Counted from the first letter of the stretch, positions 13,862-28,078 are shown. The stretch is 63,827 nt of DNA from Ginglymostoma cirratum (GCA_024137785.1 JAHRHZ010000029.1:27803793-27867619); one strand, 5' to 3'. A program made the numbers and translations. The notes: generated from the sequence alone by a model not told the origin.

Positions 13862-14210
13862 GGGGAGGCGATGGCCTAATGGTATTATCACTAGACTGTT
13901 AATCCAGAGATCCAGAAAATGTTCTGGGGATCTGGGTTTGAATCCCACCATGGCAAATGGTGGAATTTGAATTCAATTTTTTAAAAATCTGGAATTAAGA
14001 GTCTAATAATGATCATGAAACTATTGTCAATTATCATTAAAACTCATGTGGTTATTTAGTGTCCTTTAGGGAAGGAAACTGTACTTCTTACCTGGTCTGG
14101 CCTATATGTGACTCCAGATCCACCCTTTTAACTGTCCTCTGGGCAATGATGGATGGGCATTAAATGCTGGTCTAGCCATTGGTGCTGTCATCCTGTGAAT
14201 GACTAAAAAG
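13862..14210 (+). mobile_element. tRNA-derived SINE (family also at ~525-740/1070-1180, 32830-33200, 44030-44360, 54490-54800)
   Basis: A box ggcgatggcctaatggta, B box gggtttgaatccc; shared body ggttcactaatgtcctttagggaaggaaa and tail gggcaataaatgctggcc. Confidence 0.8.
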
Positions 14211-14723
14211 AGTATCTGTTTCAACCTCACTGATACCTCCTCTACCCTATGTTGCTAGAAAGTTGCCCTCAACTAATGTGTGTTTTTTGACACCAGTGTC
14301 TTTGGCTACAATGTCAGACAAAATAGAAAGCAGAACATTTCAATGTTTGTAAACACAGAGAAGCAACTCTGGCATTTTTAACAACATAGTAGAGGAAGCT
14401 AATAATCTAACAGCAACTTGTGAGACATGAATCCTCAGTGCTATCAGAACACTCCTTTATATTTTGAGTGTGTTAAGAACATTGAGAAAATGTCACATCT
14501 CCAGTCCATGATGCTTCCATAAGACATTTCCTGTTCTCCATCAAAAACCATGTGTACGGTTAAAACATCACATAGAAATTCCAATTCAACAGCAAGCTGT
14601 GTGGTCCAACCAGTCTACGTCAATGCTAATTCTTCATGCAAGAAGTAGTTCTAATCCCATATCCTATAGTAAATCTTTTCCTCCTTTCTTTAAATTGCCC
14701 CACTTAACATCATTTTCTTTTAA

Positions 14724-15147
14724 GTTAACAAGGTGTGGAGCTGGATGAACACAGCAGGCCAAGCAGCATCATAGGAGCAGGAAAGCTTGACGTTTCGGGC
14801 CTAGACCCTTCATCAGAAATGGGGGAGGGGAAGAGGGTTCTGAAATAAATAGGGAGAGAGGGGGAGGCGGATATAAGGTGGATAGAGGAGAGGATAGGTG
14901 GAGAGGAGGCAGACAAGTCAAAGAGGCGGGGATGTACCCAGTAAAGGTGAGTGTAGGTGAGGGGGTAGGGAGGAGATAGGTCAGTCCAGGGAGGACGGAC
15001 AGGTGAAGGGGGCAGGATGAGGTTAGTAGATAGGAGATGGGGGTGGGGCTTGAGGTAGGAGGAGGGGATAGGTGAGAGGAAGAACAGGTTAGGGAGGCGG
15101 GGACGAGCTGGGCTGGTTTTGGGATGCGGTTGGGGGAGGGGAGATTT
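14724..15147 (-). mobile_element. PLE 3' fragment (family A pLTR plus purine-rich 3'UTR)
   Basis: Near-identical to 36348-36770. Confidence 0.9.
14785..14820 (-). ncRNA. Minimal hammerhead ribozyme motif (family A), intact core
   Basis: Reverse complement: atttCTGATGAagggtctaggcccGAAACGTCaagc. Confidence 0.7.
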
Positions 15148-15825
15148 TGGCCTTCTGGATTCAATACAGAGTTCAACAACTTTAGGATGTGAGCATCCTC
15201 TCTCGTATCCTTGCCACAATCCTGACGTATCAAGCCTTGACACCACATCAGCTGATAACACAAACAACTCGCTGTCAATCACTAATGGTCCCCATCCTTC
15301 ATTTTCCCAGCTGACCTTTACACGTTCCTTTGGCTGCTCAAGTGTTCTCTCTCTGTCTGTCTTCTGTCTCTCTCTGTCTTCTGTCTCTCTCTGTCTTCTG
15401 TCNNNNNNNNNNTCTGTCTTCTGTCTCTCTCTGTNNNNNNNNNNNNNNNNNNNNNNNNNNNNNNNNNNNNNNNNNNNNNNNNNNNNNNNNNNNNNNNNNN
15501 NNNNNNNNNNNNNNNNNNNNNNNNNNNNNNNNNNNNNNNNNNNNNNNNNNNNNNNNNNNNNNNNNNNNNNNNNNNNNNNNNNNNNNNGTATTATTCACTA
15601 CACCACCACCATTCCCCACACCCGCCCACCAACACCACCACCAACCACCCATCTTTAATGTACATAGCAACCTTTTCCTAGCTGCAATCAGTTCTGAAAC
15701 AAGGGTCACTGGATCTGAAACATTAACTCTGCTTTCTCTCCACAGATACTTTCAGACCTACTGAGTTTTTCGAGCAATTTCTGTTTTTGTTTCTGATTTC
15801 TAACATCCGCAGTTCTTTGGTTTTA
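15148..15825 (+). mobile_element. PLE 3' fragment ending in a family-B pLTR; contains TC-rich microsatellite and assembly gaps
   Basis: gttctgaaacaagggtcactggatctgaaacattaactctg...cagttctttgg at 15690-15822; N runs at 15403-15412 and 15435-15587. Confidence 0.6.
15345..15434. repeat. TC-rich tandem repeat (TCTCTCTCTGTCTTCTG-like unit)
   Basis: Seen directly; runs into N gaps. Confidence 0.9.
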
Positions 15826-18269
15826 ATATTTCTTTCTACTTGTACATCCTCCACTGGCCAGCATCATAATGAAAATGTACTGTACCCTCTGCCTTGCCTG
15901 TTCAGTACTCTAACCGTTGTCTTATACCAAGGTTTTGTATCAATTTAGATTTACTTCTTAATTTGTATAGTCTATGCCTGTAATATTCCATGAACATTTT
16001 TATCCATTTGAGATCCTTTAAAGTCTCCACAACACTCCCCCTTTTATTTAAATCTGTCTATATTTCCCTAGTTATTCAATTTGCCACAATGCTGGTGTCA
16101 TCATAGTTCTAATGAAGCCCATCCTATCAGAACAGCTTGCTTCTACCCCTCCATTGGTGTCAGTGCCACATGAACTGAAACCCATTCTTCCCACACTAAT
16201 GTTTGAGCCACTGACTCCCTGGCTTTATTTCCTTCTGTCAGTTTTCCCATGGTTCAGGTAGTCAGGTACTGCTCAACACAGAGTTGGATGCCGCAATACA
16301 AACTTTTGTCGTATGAGACTGAAAGTGCCCACTTTGGTTTAAATGGCAACATATAACTAATTCAGAAGGTATCTGAGCTTTACAAAACTAGTTAAGAGGT
16401 GAGATGACAGGATGGCTCCCCTGTGATGCATTCTACAGCTGAATAGCCTGCCAGGATTCACCCATGTGGTTCTCACATGAAGGCTGTACTTGGGCTGAGT
16501 CAGATGACAGAGGCTGTTGAGGAAGGTGGGATTGGAAGAATAACAAGGATAGAAACTGAGAAAACACTTTGTTTCTAGAAATAAATTGTTAACCAAAATA
16601 ACTGGTTAGTGAATTGGTCCTCTTGCTCTGCAGTGTTAAATGTGAAGGGTATTTTTATGAAGAAGCACATGGCTGCTTGCCTTGTGATTCATTGATTCAA
16701 TAGTAGATCACTTACATGATTGATGACAAAGGGCTTCAGATGATGGTGAAGTAACCGAGCAACCAAAAGGTTACTTGGTATCAAAGGATTTTAAAGGTCT
16801 TGATTTTGTTTAAAAAGAGTATTTGCAACGTGCTGTACCTTTACTCTGGGGAGCCACTCCAGCTGGTTTTGTACTAAACGCCTGCTTATATTTCACTCTC
16901 TTCACAAATGCTCCAGGAGATTGTTTTGACGTTTACAGCATTATAGATCAAGAAAGCCCAAAACAATCCTGTTCGTCGACTTACAATGAACTAACGTAAT
17001 TTCTCAAAATCCAACTTTTGAAGTACTTTCTGCAGTGTTGCTATCTGTTATTGGATTTTTTTTTGTCTATCTTCCCAAAGTAAACATTCTGTATTGATCG
17101 TCACTGTCATGGATCACTTCCCTGATGTTGTCCAGGATGTTTGATGATGAGTTGTTGCATGCACATTGTCATAAGGGAATTAAGTTAATGCTCGACATCT
17201 GGTACGACTCCTCTTCAGGAAACAAAAAATATATAGAAAAGACATTACATTCAGGACATAGGGCCTGGTGCGAGAGAATGGGATTAGTGTAGATAGGATG
17301 GTGCAGGTACAATGGGCCAAAGGGCCTCTTCTGTGCTATATGATGCCTTGACATTTATAACTGGAATATTCAGAACAGAATACTGTTATTGTAGGGGAAA
17401 TCCTCTTTCTTCCTCCTTTCTCTCTGACAATTTCATTCCCTTCTGTGAGCTAATGTGGTAACCACCTGAAGGAGAACAGGTAGTTGAAAATAGATGTGGA
17501 GGACTGGAGTGGGGGTCTGTTGCTGTGGAAAGGAAGGGGAGCAGCATCCTGCCTCCACCATTGTCATCCTCATCCAACCTGTTACACGTTTCCTATTTTT
17601 CTAATTTTCTAATCAACCTGTTCAGAGATGTTGTTACACACGTCTAGAGCAGGTAGGACTTGAAGCCAGGCTTCTGTAGTCGAGGGGCAGAGACATCACC
17701 ACTGCACCACAAGAGGGCCCCCATGCATCTACTTTTTTTAATTTTTCCACCACAAGGAAAACACCCATATGGCCAATTAAACATGAACAAGCAAAGTCTG
17801 TTCAGGGCAATACTGTCATCTGTAACACTTTCCAGACAAACCTACAAATGGACCCACCTGCTCCCAGCAGCTGGCTAATAAGATAATTCAAGATCCATCT
17901 CTCACTTCCATTGTATGATGCCACCTGCAATTTTCAGATACATATTGATTCACAAATTGTAACCACAGCACCTTTTCTGAGCTCCAGTATTGACGTCTGA
18001 GGGGCTATGCTCCACTTTCACAGCACATCCACCACCCCCAAGGGCTAGCTCTGACCCAGCCAGCTGATTAAGTACAGGAGCTGAAAGATTTCCCACTTTT
18101 GCAGCATCCAGAATCTAAAGCATGGTCCCCTCAGCTCACGTATGACATTCAAATTGGCTCCTGCTCTGAAGGGCTGTTTCAATGCTAGCTCCATACAACA
18201 TGCTGCACCAATTTAATATTGCCAGAATGTTGTAAAGGATGCAATAACAGATTCTTAGAAATCGCCAGT

Positions 18270-19505
18270 GGGATCGCTCAAAGTCAACATGGGCGTATTA
18301 AAAGTAAATCTTGTTTGACAAACCTTCTGAAATTTTTAAGGACATAACAGATGGAATAGATGAGAAAGAACCAGTGAATGTGGTGTATTTGGATTTCAGA
18401 AAGTGTTTGAAAATGTCCCATATAGGAGGTTATTGTGTAAAATCAAATCATGTGGAATTAGTGGTAATTTCGTAGAAGGATTGAGAATTGATTAGCAGAC
18501 AGGGAACAGAATAAGAATAAATGGGATGTTGTCAGAGAGGAAGGCAGTGAGAAGTGGGGTACTGTAGGTATCAGTGTTCAGAATGCACCTGTTCTCAGTT
18601 TATCATTAATTTGGATGAGGGAATCAAATGTAATATTTCCATATGCTGCTGACACAAAACTAGGTGGGATTGAGAGTGATGAGGAGAATGTAAAGAGGCT
18701 TCAAGATGATTTAGACAAGTTTACTGAGTGGGCAAATGCATGGCAGATGCGATATAAATGTGTGAAGTTGGCCTCTTCAGGAGGAAAAACAGAATGATAG
18801 ACTATTATTTAAATGGTGTTAGATTGGGAAATGTTTCTGCATGTCTTTTACACTGGTCACTGAAAGCAAGCATGCAGGTACAAAAAACTGTTTGGAAGGT
18901 GTAAGTGGTATGTTGGCCTTCATTGCAAGAGTGTTTGAGTACAGGATCAAGGAAGTCTTACTGCTGCTTTACAGGGCCTTGGTGAGACTGTGTGCAGTTT
19001 TAGTCTCCTTGCTTCGAGAGGATATACTTGCCAAAGAGAGAGTGCAGCTAAGCTTCACCTGATTGATTCCTGGGATGACAGGATTGTCATATAATGAGAG
19101 ATTGGGACAACTGTATTCACTGGGATTTAGAAAAATAAGAGGGTAACTCATTGAAACTTATAAAATTCTGACAGCACTGGATGGATTGCATGCGAAGATG
19201 GTGTTTCCCCTGGCCAGAGAATTCAGAACAAGGGGTCATGGTCTCAGGATGTGCTCAGTAAGTCACTTCAGACACAGATGAGGAAATAATCCTTCACTCA
19301 GAATTCACCTGTGGAATTTTCTACCATAGAAGGGTATGGGGGATAAGTCACTAAATGTATTTAGAAATAAGCAGCTTTCTAGAGCCAAAAGCTGTTAAAA
19401 GGATACAGGAAGAGATGAGAGCATAGGGGGTTGGCCATGATCATATTGAATGGCAGACCAGGCATAATGAGCTGAATGGCCTACTTTTACTCCTATTTTC
19501 AATGT
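18270..19505 (+). mobile_element. CR1-clade LINE RT fragment (degenerate)
   Basis: KSCLTNL, YLDF, AADTKLGG, LQDDLDK..EWANAWQM, LYRALVR motifs. Confidence 0.9.
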
Positions 19506-19559
19506 TTCACAGCTCACAGGTACAGAATTTATAGGCAGAGAGATCATTGCACTTTCCTC

Positions 19560-19680
19560 CATTTCACCTGATGAAGGAGTAGTGCTGTGAAATCTTGTGA
19601 TTTCAAATAAACCTGTTGGACTACAACCTGGTGTCGTGTGACTTCTGACTTTGTCCACCCCAGTCCAACACCAGCACGCC
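19560..19680 (+). mobile_element. PLE pLTR (family C) with decayed hammerhead motif
   Basis: TCAC CTGATGA aggagtagtgctgt GAAA tctt GTGA (stem I TCAC/GTGA), then aataaacctgttggactacaacctggtgtcgtg. A related copy is on the minus strand at about 60345-60430. Confidence 0.6.
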
Positions 19681-19919
19681 CATACACAGTTATATGCATA
19701 GATTATAAATGAGGACACAATCTACCATGTTATGTTTCGAATTTGTGCATCTCCTGCTTAATTCTGATGAGTTTTGAGTTAGGATGTGGGGAGGTGGTGA
19801 CGAAGCTGAGGGAGAATGTGCATAGGCCAGCATTTTTTGTATAGTGCATGGGAGCACAAAAATTCATTTTAAAACAGTTTTGTAGCTGTTTTATTGAAGT
19901 GTCAAGCAGCTGGAAGTCA

Positions 19920-20712
19920 GGGTCTTTGTTACGTACAGAGCGGAAGTAACCTACAAAGCGGCCACCCAGTCTGAGTTTGGTCTCGCCTGTATAAAAGAGA
20001 CCGCATTATGGGCAGTGAATACAGTAAACTAGATTGAAAGAAGTACAAATGAATCACTGTTTCATCCAGAAGGTGTGTTTTGGACTTTGGACGGTGAGGA
20101 GGGAGGAGGCCATTGCAGGTGCAATCAGGGAATGAGGAAGTGTTGGGAGTAATGGAAGGGTGGACAAGGATGTCACAGAGGACATGGTCCCTGTGGAATG
20201 CTGACAGTGGAGGGGACACGAAGATGTGTTTGGTGGTGGTATTGTGCTGGCGGAAACGGAAATTGGGGGAGATAATCCTCTGAATGCGGAGACTGGTGAA
20301 GTGGAAAATGAGGACACGGAGAACCCTATCATCATTCTGGGAAGGATGAGAAGGGGTGAGGGCAGAAGTGCAAGAGTTGGGTTGGATATGGTTGAGGGAA
20401 CCCTACCTCAGTTGCGTCTTTTTGGCTTTGCTCTCAGTAGAGCAGACTCCTTTTCTTCACACCTAAAATGTACATCAGTTTTGCATATCTACCTCTCCTT
20501 TAGCACCATTATCACTGCTTTTGTCTTTTTTCTGGACAATGTCACACTCTGTTCCATTTGCTCCTCCTTAACAGCATAAAACCACCATTTTCCCACTTCT
20601 TTCAGTTCCAAAGAACAGTGATACTGGATTGAAAACATTAACTCTGTTTCTCTCTCTATGAATGCTGTTAGACCTGCTGCATTTCTCCAGCATTTCCTAT
20701 TTTTATTTCGTA
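19920..20712. mobile_element. Degenerate PLE: GIY-YIG region (-) followed by inverted 3'UTR/pLTR (+)
   Basis: ORF track PPLSAFHRDHVLCDILVH matches PPLSAFRSDHSLHDSLVR of the 36739 ORF; family-B-like end at about 20600-20712. Confidence 0.75.
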
Positions 20713-23329
20713 TTTAAATGACTTGACAATTCCTCAAAGCTTCATGAATACTTTTAACAATCCCAGCGAGGTACCTGACCTCTCAGAAAGGGGCACCTTA
20801 CCTCCACAAATAACTTGGCAACTATAAACATTCTCCTCAAAAATCTAAAGCCTACGAGTAATGTTTTGGCAATTCTAGTAACCAAAATCGCATCAGTTTT
20901 AATGCACCTCCACCTTTTAAGTATGTGATTGCCTCTCAGTCAACCACCTATGTGCTAAGTATAGTTTGTCCCATTTCACAATGCCTCCCCTCATTCATCC
21001 TGTAAAAATGCTGGATTTAGGGCTGGACGTCTGGAATTATTCTCTGGTATTAATCTGGGTAAGAAGCAGACCCATTCTGGCTTTACAGAAATTCAGGCCA
21101 GAGTTAACTAATGTTGAATATTACTCTTTTTTATAACTGATAGGGACATTTCAATCTTCTAAGCTTCATCTATTTCAAGTAGTGGGCTGCTAACCTGTTT
21201 ACAGAGCTACCTGAATGTGGCACAACCTTGCACATTAATGAAGCAGCTGAGGTACCCTCTATCACCATGTCTTTCAACTTCTGGCCACCATTTATCAATT
21301 ATGAAGCAGAAAATTATGTTTCTCCATGATTGTACTCATAATGTATTCTAGACAGATAGGAAAGAAAAGGGTGAAGCTTAAAAAATCAAATTTAAGTGTG
21401 ATTCAGATCTTCTATTTTGTAGTCCCAGAGCTTTGAAACCTGCATTAATGAATTGCATTTCTTTTCTCTTTATTGTATGTGCCACTTCCTCCATTTTTTG
21501 CTTTTTCTCCTGCTCTTTCTCACCTTGCACTTTTTTCCTGATGAAAATAATTTTTTTCATAAAGCAGTTCTCTCTGTTCTCTGTCACTTCTCTCAGCCGC
21601 AACTTTAATCGTGCCCATTCTGTGCTATTCCACACGTTGATTGCTCATAGTTTCTGCTGACTTCAGTTTACTTTTTTTTAATCTCTATGCAAACTGCCAC
21701 TTCCAGCAGGCACTTTAATTCTGATGCTGGGATGTGTGACAGTGGCATCCCTCTTTCTTTCTCACTAACCTACCACAAACAAACCTCGTAAGTAGCAGCT
21801 GCAGGAGCATCCAAGCAAAGCAAGTCTTAACCAGAATGAAAGATGTGAAGTTTGCCTCCTTTTACATGGTATTGTTTTGTGTGAAGTGTGGAGTATCATG
21901 ATCTACCCAAGACAGCTGTACATAAATTGCAAAGGTAGGCAAGAAATAAATAAATACCAAATCAGAGCTGAGCATTTGCATTACTCGGTTGTCTGTTGGG
22001 TGTCTATTGTCTATTGGGTGTCTATTGGGTGTCTGTTGAACCATGCAAACCTGAAAAGTGTCAAGGTCAGTCTATTCCCTGTGTTGTGTTATGTGATGTG
22101 AGCTGGGAATGGCACCAGAATGGATTTTACCAATGTCTGGTTCTGAGAACAGAAAATAGGCTAGCAGAAGTGCTCAGGACCAGGAAGACTGCCCGATTCA
22201 GCCCCCAGCTCACTTCGAGATGCTGACTCCAAGTTTCCAGCTGTGACCATCTATCTAATGATAAGCCAAAGGTAAAACATCTAAATTTCCTGCTGTGTTC
22301 AATTCACCCACCATCCGTGTGTTCGTAGGGGGTCCCATTCCACCATCACTTCAATTCCAAAAACTCTTATCCTTGTTTTAAAATTCTTCCATGTCCCTTA
22401 TTGTGTCTGATCTCTGTAACTTCCTCCATACTTACAACCTTCTGAGACCTCTGCTTTCTTCCAGTTGTACCCTCCTGTATCTCTCAATTTTAATGATTCC
22501 ACTGGGCAAACATGCCTCACCTGAAACATCTCTATCCTCCTTTTTAGCGGTTTCTTAAAACCTACATCTGTGGGCAAATTTCTATTCATTTGCAGCAATA
22601 TCCTTTGCTCGCTGTTGCCTCTCAACATTTTTCTGTGCTAAAGAAACTACATTAATGCAAGTTACACATAGCTCAGTATCACACTTCAGTGGCATGTTTG
22701 TTCACTCGTGGGCATCATTGCATCATTGGCTGGCCAGCATTTATTGCCTGTCCTCGTTCTCCTTGAGAAGGTGGTGGTGAGCTGCCTTCTTGAGCCACTG
22801 CAGTCCATGCACTTTCTGTAGGCCTATTAGAGAGGGAATTCCAGGATTCTGGCCCAGACAAAGTTAAGGAATGGCGATGTATTTCCATGTCAGATGGTGA
22901 GTGGCTTGGAGGAGAACTTGATGGCGTTAAACTTATTATTGTCACTTTTCTTCTTCATTTTACTCCTGCGTATTTCTCCCCCAAAGATATTAACTTTCTG
23001 GGATACCAGTCTACAGGCACCAGTTGGCTTACTGCACTTAGCCAGGTGTGAATTATGAGCATAAGAGTCAGCAGGTTATCTAACCATGAAAGTCAACACA
23101 GCTGAATCTCAGCAACTTTCTCCACCAGTGGTATGCACATACTTTGATGGATCATGAAGAGGAGCAGAGAACCTGGATCTTGCTTTTGTCCTAATTAATA
23201 GGTTACAATGCTAATCGTAGTACTTTGCCTGAAAGATCAGAGTTTTACTTTCCTATTCTGCCTGAGGCAGTTTCTCATGTGAGAAATTTGTACCATTAGG
23301 AGTGCTTCCTTTAAAGTTTCTCATCTTTT

Positions 23330-24240
23330 AAAGACTTGAATTTAGATAGCACCTTTCACAATTTCATACTCGACAATGATACACAAGTATTATGTCACAT
23401 AACCAATGAGGGACTTTTGAAGTGTAGGTGCTAATCTAACATAGGAGGCTCGGTGGCCAATTTGTGTACGGTAAGCTCCCCTTATAAGGACTAGATAATC
23501 TGTTTTTTTTGTGATGTTATTTGAGGGCTAACTATTGACTGGGGTATTGAGGAGAACTCCCCTGCCGTTCTTCAAAATTGGTGCCTGGCACCTTTTACAT
23601 CCACTTGAGATGTCATCAGTTTAACGACTCATTTGAAAGAAGGCACCTTGCAATAGTGCAGCTTCCCTCGATTTCGTACTAAAGTTTCAGATTTTAACTT
23701 TTGTGCTGGAGTGGGACTTTTGAGGAGGTCTTGTGGTGGAGTGAGTTGCATCACTGCTTCTATGCCAGAAACTTTGGCTTTGTGTTCCATTTCAGGGCTT
23801 ATGGCCAAGGAGAAAACATTCATAATGCAGATAGATTGAATAACAGCTGTAAATCCTTTGAACAAATGCCAGTGTAATAAGAGTGAGAACAATTCATGGC
23901 CAGCCATGATGGAAAGAAAATTAAAGTTTATACTGTCACTAGTCATCGCTCCAGTCCACAACATGTATATCAAAGTATATGTTGCCACAGCAACTTGGAC
24001 TCCTTGAAGAGTCCAGTGGTTGGATGGCCAGTGTTGATCAAGATTGGTGTCAGCAGTATAGGGGTTTCATCCCCATTCTGGCTGAAGTGGTTTCGAGACC
24101 TGCCTCATTCCCTACCCATGGTCAAGCTCACAGCACTGTGGGTCATACCAGCCTTTCAGCAGAATGTTGAGGAAGAGGTAAGACTTGAAACCACAATCTT
24201 CTGACTCAGAGGTAAGAGGCTACCAACTGAGCCACAATGG
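23330..24240 (-). mobile_element. Deu-domain (SacSINE1/AmnSINE-like) SINE, interrupted at ~23720-24180
   Basis: tgatgttatttgagggctaactattgactgggg...gagaactcccctgccgttcttcaaaat...ttttacatccacttgag; tRNA head ctgactcagaggtaagaggctaccaactgagccac. A second copy lies at 28470-28720. Confidence 0.65.
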
Positions 24241-25454
24241 ACATAGCATTAGCATCAGCATCATAGAATTCTTCTGTGGAGAGGATATGAAATTAATTAA
24301 AAACTGAAGAGGGAAATGTTGGTTTACATCTTTACTAAAAGCTCAATTTAGAACCAGTGCTAATTTATTTTCAGTGAATATAATTGCAGCTTGGAGCACT
24401 TGTTGGTCCATTCTGTGGAATGTGCCAGGTCTGCTACATCTTATCTTCTGCACATATTTGTGTTAGGGGAAGCATGACATCATCTGATAAGCTGTCACAG
24501 TTTAAACAGTGATATCCCTTTTTGCTTCAAGGTTTATAACCTTAACCTTTCATCTTTATTGTTTTGTAATTAATTTAAATTGCAGTTGGAGGTGTTCAAA
24601 GCCAGACTACTGTAGAAAATAGACTTTAATCCTAGTTTCAATCACCATCCAAGAAGTGCAAATAAAATCTTCATTAGCAGATTAATTAAACTGCATAGAT
24701 CTTCAAAAGTAATTAACAAATATTGTATTGCACAAATAGTCAAAAGTATATTCCAGATATTCGGATGATCTCTCTTTGAACATGTTTCAGAGTGTAGTAC
24801 GTGATATAAATGATGTCTTGGAAAAATAACATTTCAAAGAAATGTATTGCATAGAACAAAGCAAAACAATGTCAATTATCAATTATGAGCAGGGAAGGAA
24901 GATCTGGGAAAGTCTGCAGCTTCTTAAATTGATTTATTTATGGAGCAGTAGGGATAGATAGATACTGTTTGAATTTATAAAAGAAACTGTTTGCCAATTC
25001 AAGTGCAATTGTAGCTTATATTAAAGGAACTTTGTGCCCCTGGTTAACAAATAGGTAATAGTAAGGTTGTTCGGCTTTTCTAAAGACTATGGCTTTAATC
25101 TATTCCTGCTCTTAGTCTGGTTGGCTGTGTTTAACACATCGACTTTTACTCCCGTTTTAATATATATAAAAATAATTCAACCATGCTGCCAATTTTCCTT
25201 TCATTTCCAGTGGTACTGCTACAGATATGAGAGTATATCACCAAAGTTGTCTTTATTCAATTGGTGTTTTTACGGTCAATGCAGGAGGAACACTTTGATG
25301 CCAAGTCTTTCTGCACAGAATATCAATCAAGAATGAGAACCTGGCCCAGACTTAAATCTTCTCCTCATTTTAAGGGTGTGCCAAAGCCAATTCTAGCACT
25401 TGTCCCCACACAATCCCAGCTGAACTCTGCCCAGACCTCCTCTGTCTGGCAGTG

Positions 25455-26455
25455 ATGAGGGGGATGCTGCAGGTTTCAGTGCTGGGATATCAGCTGTTCG
25501 CAATATAGATTAACGATTTTGATGAAGGAACTGAATGCCATATCTCCAAATGTGCAGACGACACAAAGCTGGGTGGCAGAGTGTGCTGTGAGGAGAATGC
25601 TGAGAGGCTGCAGGGTGACTTGGACAACTGACTGAGTGGGCAAATACTTGGCAAATGCAGTTAAACATGGATAAATGTAAAGTTATTCACTTTGGTCACA
25701 AAAACAGGCAAATTATTATTTGAATGGTGGCAGTTTAGGAAAAGGTGAGGTACAATGGGACCTGGGTGTCATGGTGGAACAGTCGCTGAAGGTTGGCATG
25801 AAGGTGCTGCAGGCAGTGGGGAAAGCTAATGGTATGATGTCCTTCATAGCGGGAGGATTTGTGTATTAGAGTAAGGATATCCTGCTGCAGTTATACAGGG
25901 TCTTGAGGAAGCCACACCTTGAGTATTGTGTGCAGTTTTGCTCTCATAATCTGAGGAAGGATGTTCTTGCTATTGAGGGAATCCAGTGAAGTTCATCAGA
26001 CTGATTCCCGGTGACATATGAGGAAAGACTTCTTTTCGCTGGAATTTAGAAGAATGAGGGGGTACCTCATAGAAACATACAAAATCCTAATGGGACTGGA
26101 CAGGCTAGATGTGGGAGGAATGTTCCTGATGTTGGGGAGGTCCAGAACATGGCATCATAGTCTAAGAAGAAGGTGTCAGCCATTCAGGACTGAGATGAGG
26201 AAGAATTTCTTCACTCAGAGTTGTGAACCTGTGGAATTCTCTTCCACAGGAAGCTGTTGGGTCCAGTTCATTAGATATATTCAAGAGGGAGCTAGATGTG
26301 ACCCTTCCAGCTAAAGGGATCAAGGGACATGGGGAGAGGGCAGGATTGGGATACTGAGATTTCATGATCAGCCATGATCGTATTCAATGATGGTGCAGCT
26401 TGAAGGGCCAAATGGTCTACTCCTGCGCCTATTTTCTATGTTTCTATGTGTCTAT
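25455..26455 (+). mobile_element. CR1-clade LINE RT and 3' end
   Basis: ADDTKLGG, PHLEYCVQF, LIETYKILMGLDRLD; tail (tttctatg)n. Confidence 0.9.
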
Positions 26456-26695
26456 GTCTGGACCATCTCAGACTCCTTCTGGATAAGCCAGATAAGATTC
26501 TGGGTCCAAAGTCTTTTCCCCTGTGCTTCTGTGTTGAGGGAAGGTGGCACAGAAAATATTGGGATTATTGCTGTATTGTGGGAATGGTACTATGCAGAAG
26601 ACATGGGGCAATAGCCCCAGGTAGATAACTGTTTCCAAGGGCCAGCGTTGGTGAAATTACCTGAATATTTTCATCAATGTTCTAAATTTCTATAA

Positions 26696-26920
26696 GGGCA
26701 AAATACTGCAGATGCTGGAGATCTAATATAAAAACAGAAAGCACTGGATAGACTTAGCAGGTCTGGCAGTATCTGCAGAGAAAGAGTTAACATTTCAAGT
26801 CCAATGACGATGGAGTTCCAAAGAAATGCCATTAGATTCCAAGGTAACTCTGTTTATCTCTCAACAGATGATGGCAGGCCTGCCGAGTCTCTCCAGCGCT
26901 TTCTGTTTTTATCCCAGATT
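26696..26920. mobile_element. Fold-back mini-PLE (family B-like)
   Basis: aatactgcagatgctggagatc...cagcaggtctggcagtatctg...agttaacatttc, then inverted aactctgtttatctctcaacagatgatggcaggcctgccgagtctctccagc. Weak flank repeat ATTTCTA(T/C)AA. Confidence 0.75.
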
Positions 26921-27249
26921 TCTACAATTCTTCGAATGAAGCCACTGTTCTCGTCCACATCAGAAATAGCTAAACAGGCCGCATATCAATGATTCAATTC
27001 CACTATCTTATTTGAAACCTGAAAATGTCTTTTTTAATTTGGCACATTGCTTCAGACAGAATCAAATGAGCTGTGCTCCTGCAGAGAACCTTAATTAAAG
27101 GACCCTATTTAGAATGTAGACATTCTTGTGCAAAGTGCCAGTGATAGATTTGTTAGTAAGAAAAATAAGCAACTATATTTTGGCACAGTGAGCAAGACAT
27201 TTTCCACATTTTAATTGCCTCATTTGCTATTGACTATGAAACCCACACA

Positions 27250-27485
27250 GAGATGAGATGGAACTTTTCCTCTGAGGTTAGTCAATCTGTGGAAACCTTT
27301 ACAGTATATGGCTATAGAAGTTTGAGGCTGAGATAGATGGATTTTTAATCAGTAATTGAATCAAGGGATATTGGATAAGATAAGAAAATGGAGTTGAGCA
27401 TTTCAGATCAGCCATGATATCATTGAATGGCAGACCAGATTCGATGGGCTGAATGCCCAACTTCTCCAGCATCTTATGGTCTTAT
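27250..27485 (+). mobile_element. CR1 3' end fragment
   Basis: gatcagccatgatatcattgaatggcagaccagattcgatgggctgaatg...tcttatggtcttatg. Confidence 0.7.
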
Positions 27486-27969
27486 GTGATTTGTCATTTT
27501 GCAAATTTGATTTCAGGTCTTGAGAGATCATAATTCAGGAAAAGAATAGCATAAAATGTGGGTATTCCTTCCAGTATGATAGTCTGATGTATCTTACCAA
27601 TCTTGTTGAGAGTGGTCCTGGCAGAGATTTAATGGCTGACCCAATTATTACTGATGACTTCAATTGGTATAAATCACAGTTTTCTGAGATGTCAGACACA
27701 ATGATGTTAGGTTAACAGTGAGTCCACTATACAAATAAATGATGTATTACGTATGCAGAACAATGCATCATTTTTTCATTTGTTGGTCTCTTTGTTCAAA
27801 ACACAGTTTTAGTCTGTCTCCAGGCTTGAGTGGATGAAATGTTAATTCTCCCTTGTTTCATTTTTTTAATACTTGATTAAAAATTTTAAAAAGCCAACTG
27901 GTATTACTGTGGTGCTTTTCATGAGCATCAGACATCTCAAAACACTTTACAGCTAGCAAAGTGCTTTTG

Positions 27970-28078
27970 AAACAAACCCAGAAAATGTTGGAGAAACTCA
28001 GCAGGTCTGGCAGCATCTGTGGAGGGAGAAACAGAGTTAACGCTTCAAGTTCTGCATGACTCTGTTACAGAACTGAAA
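27970..28078 (-). mobile_element. Family-B pLTR fragment
   Basis: gaaaatgttggagaaactcagcaggtctggcagcatctgtggagggagaaacagagttaacg. Confidence 0.75.

Noticed and set aside
14725-15282. 185-aa and 169-aa Pro/Ser-rich ORFs (also 36332..36868)
   Set aside because: Translations of the C/T-rich PLE 3'UTR, which lacks stop codons for compositional reasons.
21985-22036. Short repeats of GGGTGTCTATT, superficially array-like
   Set aside because: Three imperfect copies with no unique spacers; a simple minisatellite in eukaryotic DNA, not CRISPR.
25190-25340. Good-looking acceptor (ttttcctttcatttccag) followed by open frames
   Set aside because: No frame resembles ULK4, there is no donor, and it runs into a CR1 fragment.
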